A stretch of 64,000 nt of DNA from Macrostomum lignano (taxonomy: Eukaryota): contig NIVC01001598.1 of NCBI GenBank assembly GCA_002269645.1, forward strand, positions 1 to 64,000. The letters run 5' to 3'. Position numbers and translations under genes: made by a program. Below, piece after piece: positions 13,205 through 25,661 of this stretch. Positions within the stretch are counted from its first letter, which is position 1. Each line of letters begins with the position of its first letter. Below the pieces are notes generated by a model. That model had not been told where the DNA came from, searched no databases, and worked only from the letters and a program-made list of their open reading frames with translations.

Positions 13205-15620
13205 GGCATGAATTTTTCAAAAACAATAATCTTCACAATTATGGATCTTCACAAGCATGAATATTCACAAGCATGAATCTTCACAAGCGTGAATCTTCAC
13301 ATCATGTATCTTCACAAGCGTGAATCTTCACATCATGTATCTTCACAATCATGAATCTTCTAAAGCATGATCGTAATCTTCATATCATGAATCTTCACAG
13401 GCATAAATCTTCACAATCATGAATCTTCACAAGCACGAATCTTCACAAGCATGAATCTTCACAATCATGAATATTCTCAAGCATGAATCTTCACAAGCAT
13501 GAATCTTCACAATCATTAATCTTTTCGAACATGAATCTTCACAAGCATTATTCTTCACAATCATGAATCTTCACAATCATGAATATTCTCAAGCATGAAT
13601 CTTCACAAGCATGAATCTTCACAATCATGAATATTCTCAAGCATGAATCTTCACAAGCATGAATCTTCACAATCATGAATATTCTCAAGCATGAATCTTC
13701 ACAAGCATGAATCTTCACAATCATGATTCTTCACAAGCATGAATCTTCACAATCATTAATCTTTTCGAACATGAATCTTCACAAGCATTATTCTTCACAA
13801 TCATGAATCTTCACAATCATGAATATTCTCAAGCATGAATCTTCACAAGCATGAATCTTCACAATCATGAATATTCTAAAGCATGAATATTCTCAAGCAT
13901 GAATCTTCACAAGCATGAATCTTCACATCATGTATCTTCACAATATTGATTCTTCACATCATGTATCTTCACAATCATGAATGTTCTCAAGCATGAATCT
14001 TCACATCATGAATGTTCATAAGCATGAATCTTCACATCATGAATGTTCTCAAGCACGAATCTTCACATCATGAATGTTCTCAAGCATGAATCTTCACATC
14101 ATGAATGTTCTCAAGCATGAATCTTCACATCATGAATGTTCATAAGCACGAATCTTCACATCATGAATGTTCTCAAGCATGAATCTTCACATCATGAATG
14201 TTCTCAAGCATGAATCTTCACATCATGAATGTTCATAAGCATGAATCTTCACATCATGAATGTTCTCAAGCACGAATCTTCACATCATGAATGTTCTCAA
14301 GCATGAATCTTCACATCATGAATGTTCTCAAGCATGAATCTTCACATCATGAATGTTCTCAAGCACGAATCTTCACATCATGAATGTTCTCAAGCACGAA
14401 TCTTCACATCATGAATGTTCTCAAGCATGAATCTTCACATCATGAATGTTCTCAAGCATGAATCTTCACATCATGAATGTTCTCAAGCACGAATCTTCAC
14501 ATCATGAATGTTCTCAAGCATGAATCTTCACATCATGAATGTTCTCAAGCATGAATCTTCACATCATGAATGTTCTCAAGCATGAATCTTCACATCATGA
14601 ATGTTCTCAAGCATGAATCTTCACATCATGAATGTTCTCAAGCATGAATCTTCACATCATGAATGTTCTCAAGCATGAATCTTCACATCATGAATGTTCT
14701 CAAGCATGAATCTTCACATCATGAATGTTCTCAAGCATGAATCTTCACATCATGAATGTTCTCAAGCATGAATCTTCACATCATGAATGTTCTCAAGCAT
14801 GAATCTTCACATCATGAATGTTCTCAAGCATGAATCTTCACATCATGAATGTTCTCAAGCATGAATCTTCACATCATGAATGTTCTCAAGCATGAATCTT
14901 CACATCATGAATGTTCTCAAGCATGAATCTTCACATCATGAATGTTCTCAAGCATGAATCTTCACATCATGAATGTTCTCAAGCATGAATCTTCACATCA
15001 TGAATGTTCTCAAGCATGAATCTTCACATCATGAATGTTCTCAAGCATGAATCTTCACATCATGAATGTTCTCAAGCATGAATCTTCACATCATGAATGT
15101 TCTCAAGCATGAATCTTCACATCATGAATCTTCACATCATAAATGTTCTCAAGCATGAATCTTCACATCATGAATGTTCTCAAGCATGAATCTTCACATC
15201 ATGAATCTTCACATCATAAATGTTCTCAAGCATGAATCTTCACATCATGAATGTTCTCAAGCATGAATCTTCACATCATGAATGTTCTCAAGCATGAATC
15301 TTCACATCATGAATGTTCTCAAGCATGAATCTTCACATCATGAATGTTCTCAAGCATGAATCTTCACATCATGAATGTTCTCAAGCATGAATCTTCACAT
15401 CATGAATGTTCTCAAGCATGAATCTTCACATCATGAATGTTCTCAAGCATGAATCTTCACATCATGAATGTTCTCAAGCATGAATCTTCACATCATGAAT
15501 GTTCTCAAGCATGAATCTTCACATCATGAATGTTCTCAAGCATGAATCTTCACATCATGAATGTTCTCAAGCATGAATCTTCACATCATGAATCTTCACA
15601 TCATGAATGTTCATAAGCAA
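13205..15620. repeat. 2.4-kb satellite: degenerate 15-16-bp monomer CATGAATCTTCACA(A)G grading into a homogeneous 31-bp dimer
   Basis: Dimer CATGAATGTTCTCAAG-CATGAATCTTCACAT is nearly invariant from ~14030 to 15600. Confidence 0.97.
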
Positions 15621-17881
15621 GGATTTGTGACGGCAAGACTAAAAGCATTTGACTATTAGTAATATAGTATAAGCCATTACAATGCACGTGGCTAACCAAT
15701 ACGAAGCTATCCAGAAATGCAAATAAAGCAACACAATGCAAAGCATAATTCTCACAGTCGGCATACATGCATTTTACATGTGACTTGTTCTAGTAATTAT
15801 ATGATACACTTTGACAGGCAGTCACACATTGCAGACTACTAAAGTTTCTGCAAATATTTATTTTCAGAACCGAGCCAGCTAGGCAGGAAGTTTCACGTTT
15901 AGCGACAGCGCACAAAGTCAGTTTTTTATTTTTTAACATGCAGACAGCACCAGGAAATGGAAATGCAGACGCTATGCAAAAAGCCCATTAAATTTATTTA
16001 CGAGTGCGACGTGTCAAGGACGTATAAAGTAGAACTAGAGATCTCCAGTGAAAATATCATAGATAGGAAGCTTTCAGTCAAGTACTACTAAGAGTAGGAG
16101 GATCATTAGGCAAATAAAATTCATAGAAATTTATTTAAATGCCTAATTTCGTTTCATACAATAAATATTGATGTAGGCACGTCCTTGGCCCCCATTAATT
16201 TTTGCGCACCCTCCCTTTCTTCCCTGTGATTCTTGCGCCTCCCCGTGATGACTCATTGGGATGAGTAATCACGTTTACTCATGCTTATCGACCACTCCAC
16301 TCCCCCCGCGCAACATGTCAAAATTAAACCCACCTTGTTTCTTTTTTTAGAAATCATTCATGCGTGTGACAGTTTTATGACCCCCTATCCCCCCAAGCTT
16401 TTCCTGTCTGTGACGTACTCTCCCATCATAAATCATTTTTCTCCGCTGCGCCCCATCCCAATTTCTCGTCATATCACAGCGCGGCTGGCGGGTGACGTCA
16501 TCAGGGTTGCTTGGTAACGGAGGTCAAGGAGAAGTCATGGCCTTTTTTATGTAATAATCACGCATCACGCTCAAGTGATCGCGTGACGCGTGATCTAAAG
16601 GCTATAAATAAGAGCCCGTTTTGAGCCCTGAGCGGCAAACTCTCTCCCACTCTCGTTTTACCACCCGCTCCCCCCACCTTACACTTTTTAAGCGTTCGTT
16701 GCTCTTCCTCTCTCAACTCTAGAGGCGACCACACGACTTGATTTTAACCTCCCGGACTGATCGTCCGTGACTTCAGCCTCTGGACAGCCTCTACATAGCC
16801 TCTATCGTCAGCCCGGTCTCCCCCATTGCTCACCATCTCCTAATCCTTCAATCTTAACCTTAGGGTAAAGTTTAGGGCCAGTAATTCGGGGCATAAGATA
16901 TATTCAACTCGTTTGCTTCTGTCTGTTTACTTATTTACATGTACATGTACCATGAGCGTGGTATGAAATGTGTGTAAGATGAGTGCGCCTGTCGCAGGGC
17001 ATGGAATAGAGACTGAGGATCAGAGTGGAAGACCACCAAGTATGAGCCGGATTCAACCAAATAATTATAGCCGTAACTACGAGTATACTTCTAAATAATT
17101 ACACTTTTGTATGCCTCGCTTAAATTCCCTTAACCAGCCATTTCTAGCTACATGTAGTACAGTTAGTTGAATTGGGGTCCAAGAACGTTCGTCTGCTAAA
17201 GACCGGGAGTCCTGTCTCGCTGGTGGGAGTTTCAACTGGATGTACTCCTGCACACAGGTGACTGGTTGGAAGCCGCGCCTCTGGCGTGTACCTACAAACA
17301 ACCCCGCGGGCCCGCAGTCTACTAGATAATGGGATCTTGACCGCAACGTCAGCTACCGCATCATCCAGAGGCGGACAAAGTCTATGGGACGAGGCCTGGT
17401 GGCTGTACCATTCAGCGCCGGAACCCAGGGGTTGCACAGGCGTTTTTCCTGCAGCCGGGGGTTGCGTGAATAATACATTAAAACGAGGTGGGAATTTTCC
17501 TGCTTTTCAGCATTTTTAAAATCTTTTCTCTTAAACTTTCCGAAGATAATCTGAAGCTCTACAGGTAAGTTTGATCCAAATGTGCAGATTATCTCAAATT
17601 TATCGAATTTGCAGGAATATATGCATGTACAAAAATTATTGGAAATACTTTTAGAAGCGAAAAATCAAAGAAGTAAAAACCAAAGGCAAAGAATATGCAG
17701 AATTTTTTTCTATCTTGATAAAATAGGAAGATGCGAGTATTAGGAAGAAATTTCTAAGGTGATTTTTTCATATAACTTTGGCCAATCGGCTTTTACCGAC
17801 GTTAAAACCCGACATTAAAATGTACGTAGCTAAATGTACATGTGCACAAGACTAAGCAAATGGCATGATTCTGCATACACT

Positions 17882-18262
17882 CAGGGGCGTCGCCATGGAT
17901 TTTATATGGTGGGGGACTAAAGCCGAGAATTCTACATGCACATGACTAAATTCCTACATTAACATATTTCCGAATCAGTGTTGTCATCGATCATTTTGAC
18001 GCCGCAGCAGGCACTCATTTTAGCGCCACAGGCACTCATTTAAGCGCCTCAGGTGCTCGTTTTAGCGCCGCAGGCACTCACTTTGGTGCTGCGCACAAGC
18101 GCTTTGTTTTGTCGCCCTGAAGCAAAATTATTGATTTCCATAACGGCCGTGTGCAGGGGACAAAGCATTGACAGTCCCCCTGGCCCCCATAGCTTTTACT
18201 GGGGGGGGGGGGGATGGGACATGTCCCCCCCCCCTGTCTTGTCCCCCGGTGGCGACGCCCTG
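17882..18262. mobile_element. MITE-like non-autonomous DNA transposon
   Basis: Ends CAGGGGCGTCGCCA ... TGGCGACGCCCTG (13-14-bp inverted repeat), G/C-run subterminal hairpin, internal ~21-bp GCGCC..CAGGCACTCATTTTA repeats. No clear TSD. Confidence 0.5.
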
Positions 18263-18967
18263 GACTCACTCAACCCTCCACCCCTTTTTGGTCAGCCACC
18301 CCATTTCGCTGTCATCCAGTGCAGCCACACCCCGGCCCACTCCCCACCATGAACATTGTGTAAACGTCGGTAAGGATGAGAAGCGTAATGTCCCTCTTTC
18401 TCTATACGGAGAACAATGCTTATAAAAATGACACTTGACAACGAAAGCGGGTACGTACGTTCGGATCCTTTAATTTTGTGCCTGTACATGTACATATGCG
18501 TGCAGTAATGGCAACGCAGTTTGAACAAACAAGAAATAATGTTTTAATTAGTGACCAGTCAAAAATGACCGGCCAAAGCCATTGTTAAAAAGCTTATAGT
18601 GCCTGAAGTTTAGTGCCTGTTTCCAAAAATGTGATGACACGTACAATTCAAATTCAAAGTTAATTAGGCGAGGCCTCCCACTTCTCTCCACCGCGTGCAA
18701 GACTTTTCCCCACCGAGTGTTTGTTTTCTCCTGCGGTGAATTCTGCGTCACTCTGACGTCATTTTGTTTCCCAGGCGATGTAACTCCCTTCCCACTCCCC
18801 GTAATTTTGTTTTGCTACGTTGTTTTGCGTTAGGGTCCACCCGGTGTTAATCATCACCACCCGGTGTATCCTCCCCTGTTCCACCCGGTGCTCCTCCTGT
18901 CCCACCCGGGGTAACCCTTTTCTCCCGGTGGTTCATGAGAGCCCATTTAAGAGTCTGCGCCCGTCTT

Positions 18968-19203
18968 TCCCAACCAGACTCTCGTGGGTTTGCCAGCCAG
19001 ACTCTCGTGGGTTTGCCAGCCAGACTCTCGTGGTTTTGCCCGCTCTCGTGGTTTTGCCCGCTCTCGTGGTTTTGCCCGCTCTCGTGGTTTTGCCCGCTCT
19101 CGTGGTTTTGCCCGCTCTCGTGGTTTTGCCCGCTCTCGTGGTTTTGCCCGCTCTCGTGGTTTTGCCCGCTCTCGTGGTTTTACCCGCTCTCGTGGTATTG
19201 CCC
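18968..19203. repeat. Compound tandem repeat: 23-bp unit x3 switching to 18-bp GTGGTTTTGCCCGCTCTC x~10
   Basis: Visible periodicity; shared CTCTCGTGG core. Confidence 0.93.
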
Positions 19204-20449
19204 ATCTTCTATAACTCTAATACAGCCCATTACGAGAGGCCCCTACGTGTAAGCCCAGCATCCCGACCCGACCATGCAACGATCCTCGCCCATCGAGTTA
19301 ACGGTTAATAACTGATTTTAGTAACTTTAATTGCAGTGTGTAACCTATTTCGTTTCAATAATAACAATTTCATCCAGTTCAATTGGCCACTAATTATTCC
19401 GGCCCAGTTTAATGGTGTGTGTGAAACGGTGTCAACTATAGCCTTCGTGACCTCGGAAGCTTCATTTGACCCTTATTAGAGGTCTACCGAGAAGCGCTAG
19501 AGCGAACTCAAGCTATAGTTTCAAGCTTTAGAGCTTTTCCCGCGTACAATCGCGGTGGTGGCAGCGTCCTACTACTATTTAGAAAGACTCTCGACAAATT
19601 TAGCTTATTTTGAAGTTCACTTTTCGGCTACAAATCTCTGCATTCGGCATTCTGAACGTCGGCAAAAACTAGACCGCTCAGCCGCGACCACAGCTACCCT
19701 CCCCCTGAGCCTGAGGAACTCAGCAGCGGAGCTCCCCGTCATCTGCAAGCCGAGATCTTCGTTTCAGTTTGTTTGAAACGCGCAACCGCACCGATTCGAA
19801 CGGCTGGAACGAACAGATTAAACCCGGCGACCAACCCACGCTGTTCTTTTTTCAACCCCCCCCCCCCCCCCCGACCTCAATATCAAGTTCTGCAGTTATT
19901 TTGGGGTAGATAGTGTTAGTGTAGCGAAGTTGGATTTCACGTCCACGACACCCGGCAAGTCAGCAAGTCAAGTCATCACCGTACGGTGTACGCGCGCGGT
20001 ATTTGGTTCATTGTTACTGAATTTCATACCGATGAGGAACGGATATTAACAAAAAGTATTTTTTTATATAAGTGTTCTTTAAATTTTATATTAATTTTTG
20101 TTGTCAGATATTTTAACCCAAAAGCTCTAATATTACACAAGGTAAGGAAACTAGTATTTTTCAAACAGGTTGTCTGAGCCACTATTATTACTACTACTAC
20201 TACTTCTACTCTACTACTACTACTACTAAAATAAGCGAGCTACTTTGATTTCCATGAACGAAATTGTTCCATGAAGTCCAGAAGTTTAACTAAGTTCTGA
20301 TTACATCCGATAGGACATGCTACTGGATGATGGGCTGCTGGGCATGTGCAGCATAGTTTTGGCAGCCTTATCTTATTCTTATCAGGTAGGCCTACCTTGA
20401 CGGCTTGACCATCGCATGTGACATACGATACTTGTTTGGCCCTCTAATA

Positions 20450-22686
20450 CACCATTTTACCCTCGCTTTTGAACAAACTCCGTTTCACTTTAGACAGTCG
20501 GAACTTCAGTTTAGACACTTTTAGACTAGAGCCCCGAATCTACATTCACTATCGACAAACTCCGTTTCAGTATCGACAGCTAAGCTTTGTGGTGCTACAC
20601 TTCTATCTATTTACATAGGCAAGTACGGAAACGCACATCCAGATCTAGGCGAAACTCCCTTTCACTTTCGACAAACGCCACTTCTCCTTAAACAGTCTAT
20701 GGTCTAAGCTGCTGAAACTCCGTTTCACTTTAGTCAACCAACATTCAAGATAGACAAGATACATTCACTTTAGACAGATTCTTAGATGCGTCATTTGTTT
20801 ACGCCTAGTGTTGGCTGAAAGAGGGGTTTTGACCATAGATACCTTTTAAGACACCCTTTTCGCCCCTTTGAACAGTGTGGGGTGGCAGGGTCGCCGGCCA
20901 GACCTTCCGAACTTCCGAACCAAAGTCTCAGCCTACTCTCCCTTCGCTCCAAACACTGAAGCCTATTTGCTAAAGATATTCGCTAAAGCAAGCCCTGAAA
21001 AAGATGGAGTACAGTGAAGATTCGTACCTAGAAGAGGAGCCTGGTTACGAAGACGAAAGTGAAAGCGACTTTGAAGAGGAGGCTCCAGCGCAACAGCGAC
21101 AGCCAGTGAGCAACCATGACAGGCAGCGACTTCTCTCCGCTTACCAGAAGGGCGAAGATTTTATCCTACTGGCCTCTCAACTTGGCATCAAGAGAACGAC
21201 CGCATATTCCATTGTGAGGAATGGATGAGTAGAGAAGCTTTCGTGCGGCGGAGCCAAGAACGTGAAGTGGGATGGTGAGATGCAAGAATATTTGTGCGCA
21301 ATCGTGGAGCAGAATCCATTGCTGACTCTGAAAGTGATGAACACCATGCTCAGACAAGCTTTTCCTGAGAAGCAGCATGTCTCAGAAAAGACACTGAGCA
21401 TAAAACTCGACGGTGCACTGTTCACAACGAAGCTGGCACGAGATCTTCCAGCTGAGCGCAACTCGCCAAGGGTTGTAGCCGCTCGTGAGCAATTTGCTCA
21501 GTGGATGTGCTCGCCCGAAGCATCTGACACAGAGAAGATCTTTATTGACGAGTTTGGCTTCAACACATGGATGCGGCGATCCTATGGACGATCTCTTCGT
21601 GGACAGCACGTGTACCGACAGGTTTCTGGACAGAAGGGACAGCGCATCACCGTCTGCCTGGCAGTAAGCCCGGCTGCTGGAATCGTGCACTTCCAGTCAT
21701 ACGACAGCGGCATGACAAAGGAGAGATTCGGCGAGTTTCTCACAATCACAATCGCCGACTCCCACAGCGTGTTTCCAGACAGCAGCATCAGTGTTGTCAT
21801 AGACAACGTCAGCAGCCACAATGACGCCGAAATCTACGAGGTCGAAGACGCTGTAAAAGTGAGATGACTGCCACCCTACAGTCCATTTCTCACCCCAGTT
21901 GACAACGCGATATCATGCTGGAAGGCGGCTCTGAAGCGTCGACTGTCGGCGATCCAAGATTCCTTCATCAGGCCGACCGAGCAGCAGCTCGTGAGGTGGA
22001 CGGCACCGCCGACTGCATCACTCCAGAGAAGGTGGCACGGTGGCTCAGCCATTGCTTCAGGTATCTGCCACGGTGCTTGGCGTCTCAGCCAATTGATGGC
22101 TAATGGAAATTAGAACCCATCGATGAACTATCGCTTCGCTTCTGCTGGCTTTGCCGTTTTAATCACGACGCTGTTAAACAAACATTTTTCGGAACAGTCC
22201 TGCATTCTCAAATTCCTTTTAAATTAGGCCGCCAAACTAACTTTTTATTGATAAAAAATCCTCTTTGCACGCCATCTTCCGTTACAATGAAAGTTTTTAT
22301 CCTTGGAAATTTCCATGAACATGCTTAATAAACCTTTGCACACCTCCCGTGTGAGTTCATGTCTAAAGTGAATGTATCTTGTCTATCTTGAATGTTGGTT
22401 GACTAAAGTGAAACGGAGTTTCAGCAGCTTAGACCATAGACTGTTTAAGGAGAAGTGGCGTTTGTCGAAAGTGAAAGGGAGTTTCGCCTAGATCTGGATG
22501 TGCGTTTCCGTACTTGCCTATGTAAATAGATAGAAGTGTAGCACCACAAAGCTTAGCTGTCGATACTGAAACGGAGTTTGTCGATAGTGAATGTAGATTC
22601 GGGGCTCCAGTCTAAAAGTGTCTAAACTGAAGTTCCGACTGTCTAAAGTGAAACGGAGTTTGTTCAAAAGCGAGGGTAAAATGGTG
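20450..22686 (+). mobile_element. IS630-Tc1-mariner superfamily DNA transposon, 2237 bp, 327-bp TIRs, TA target-site duplication
   Basis: TA|CACCATTTTACCC...GGGTAAAATGGTG|TA. TIRs 20450-20776 and 22360-22686 differ at one base by eye. Internal transposase. Confidence 0.95.
21004..22103 (+). pseudogene. Disrupted DD(E/D) transposase of the Tc1/IS630-like element
   Basis: HTH-like N-terminus, IFIDEFGFN, VIDN, LPPYSPFLTPVD, C-terminal ITPEKVARWLSHCFRYLPRCL. In-frame TGA at 21226 and 21865; frameshift near 21990. Confidence 0.92.
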
Positions 22687-23299
22687 TAATAATCTAAAGG
22701 CCCAATAAATCACTGACAAGGGTCCTCCCTCCTCACAAATACTTGGTACAGTTGAGTTGAGACACTTGAGTATTCAGCCTATTTTTTTTCTATAATTAAA
22801 AATCAAGAAAATTCTGTCAAATAGGGCCTAAGCCCTAGTTGAGTTGAGTCAAATAGGCGATAGGCCTAGCGCCTAGTTAATGAGAAGATGAGTTATGTAG
22901 CTAATTTGATTATTGATGATAACTTAGGCCTAATATTAATCAGTGTAGGCCTAACTATCAGTATCTACTAATATATATTATTTTGCATTTGCACAAAAGG
23001 CACTGATATAAATTTATAAAGTATCCTAGCCCTAATATTACATAAAAGTAATAAATAAACAGATAGTATTTTAACTATCAATTTTAAATAAAAATTTATT
23101 TTGCAAAGAAGACTACACTAGTACTAAATTGGCATATATGATATAAATGTATAGTAATAGGCCTAATACTAAAATCTAACCTATGGCTATAAATGTTATA
23201 TATAAAATAAAAGGGCATAGTTCTAGGCCTAATTTACTTCGTTATATTACTTCATAATTCTACTTTACTTTGTTATATTATTTTAATGTATTTTTGAGT

Positions 23300-23395
23300 G
23301 ACGCGCTTTTTGAGGAGTACATCTGGCGCCGCATGTACCCTAACAACCCCTTCGGTGCCGTGCTATACTGGGCCTCTGTTTATTATCCTGCTTAG
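23300..23395 (+). pseudogene. C-terminal relic of a Merlin/IS1595-like transposase
   Basis: Translates DALFEEYIWRRMYPNNPFGAVLYWASVYYPA*, which matches from memory the EF.WR....D.F..+L..I...YP terminus of Merlin transposases. GC-rich island in AT-rich DNA. Confidence 0.45.
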
Positions 23396-25661
23396 GACTT
23401 GACTTGACCTTGAACCTGAAATTGATAGAAAGATGGGATAAAATAGGCCTAATTTAATAAAAGGCAGAATAATATAACAAAGTAAACTAAAAATTAAAAT
23501 TATGCCAATAAAAGATTATAATATAAAGACAAGTAATTTTATTTAGTATAATAATAATGGAAATGCTAAATATAATATAAATGGCAATGAGATTTTAAGA
23601 TTTTAAATTAAGATAGAAGTTGAAATTAGCAAGACTAAGACAAGACCCTATTGGAATAAGTTTTCAGACACTGTGGACAGTGCATCTAGTGCGCCATGGC
23701 AATCATAAAGTGGCCTGGACGGTGCGTCATGACAATCTTCAAATCCTAAGGTGGTATGGACGATGTGTCATTCAAATCTTCAAATCCTAGGGTGCCATAG
23801 CACTCTAGGTTTAGGTGATATTGTGCATGACTCCAGTCTCTATCATGTTCATTCTGATGATGCATCACTCGTTTTTGAGAGATTTAAAGAGATTGAGAGA
23901 AAGTTGTGTGTTTTACCGCACTTGTGTTTTACTGCACTCTGTTCTGTACTGTACTTCTGCCCCCTTCTGTTGTAGTTGTATCTATTTCTTAATTCTTAGT
24001 CTACTCGTCTTTTGACTTACAAAGTTACATTGTTGGTCTATTCAAAGAAAAATAAATAATGTAAATAGTGTGGCAATTGCATCAGTGAGTACTTAAAATA
24101 ATTACGAACACTGAAACCCTTTACTTCAATTTGGCTAATCGGTTAATACAAAATGAAGAAACTCCGTGATGAACAACACAGAGTTCACGAACAAACAAAA
24201 TTGTCTTTGCCTTATCCACACACTTTTTCAGTAGTAGTTGTAGCACTTTGGCTCGGGTCGGGTTATCAAATCTGATAACTATTTAGCATGGTGTTTCGAA
24301 GAATATTTTCACATTTAAATGTCAGCATAAATAAATGTACGCGCAACCAATCAAAAAGATAATTAAACAAAGCAGAAAATTTGTTGAGACTTTTAATAGA
24401 ATTTAGTTTACTATTTTATTTCTTGCAACTGCGTTATAAGAGAACATTAAGAGCAATTAGCATTTGGCACTATGTTATAATGTTTATGAGGCAATAAAGA
24501 ACATTTCTGCTGCGATCTTTCAACTACAATTTCCAATTTTACGATTAACTTGCATGCATATTCTAGATGACACAGCAATCAATACATATGATAGGAGATA
24601 TGCTATACTATAGCCCATAGCAATATTATCAAAGTTATAGAAATTAGAAAAACAAGTTTTACTTACAGTTTGCTGAATTTCCACCGTGCTGCTGACTTTC
24701 TCCTGTGCATGCTTCTCATCCTTGTTCAGCAGCGCTGTATGTAGCGCGTGATGTCCTCCTTGCATCTTACCTGTGAGCTGCTGTGCGTCTCACTTATAGT
24801 CAGACGCACAGCAGACTCATTATTTCCTCATTAGACTATGAGGAAAAAGAAAAAGTGCGCCGGACGCCGTCCGCGAAAATACCACTTATTCCAATAGGGA
24901 GACAAGAGCTACTTAGATTGTACTAGGCCTTTAATAACTAATGCTTATAACTCAATTCAATTACTATTAGGCTTAAGCCTAGTATATTTTGTTTTTTGCC
25001 TAGGCCTATTAAGAGTTTATTAAGGCTTGTTTAAATCTAAATTTGTTATAGTTAAGCCCTAGCTTATGCCTCATTGGTTATCATACAACCTTGGTCTTAC
25101 TTAGGTTTAGCTAGGGCCTAGATATATTATATTTAAATATTTTAATGTTGCATTAAAATACTATAGGCCTATCTAATATGGTATCTTTAATAAAAAAAAT
25201 TATATTAATGAATAATTATATAATTATAAGTTTTTATAGAATGTAATGGTCATTTCTTTTGTATATTTTGCTATACTGATATTAGAGAATATTAGCATAA
25301 CTAATGCTATAATTAACTTTAAATGCTACACTGTCTTATTAGCCAATGTCTTGTTAGCTAATAGAAAAGTTGATATTAGTAGATTTAGAATAATGTATCT
25401 GGTATTTTTATATACATAAAATCATAAAAATATTAATGGATACTCTGGTACAGCATTCACAATAATTCTAATATAATAGTACAATATTCTGTTATCTAGA
25501 GTTACACTGCCTATGCAATTTAGTTTAGACTGAAAAATGACTGATTTTGCTACTTACCCAAAAGTAAAAAGTTGTGCATGTATAGTCAGCCAATTTACCA
25601 TACCTATATTGATGTCAGAACAGCAATGAGACAATAAAATTTGCTATCCAAGCATTTCACA

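Noticed and set aside
24520-24770. Minus-strand ORF with weak ankyrin-like GGHHALHTAL and a GTAAGT donor
   Set aside because: Single short segment, no partner exons found, match too weak.
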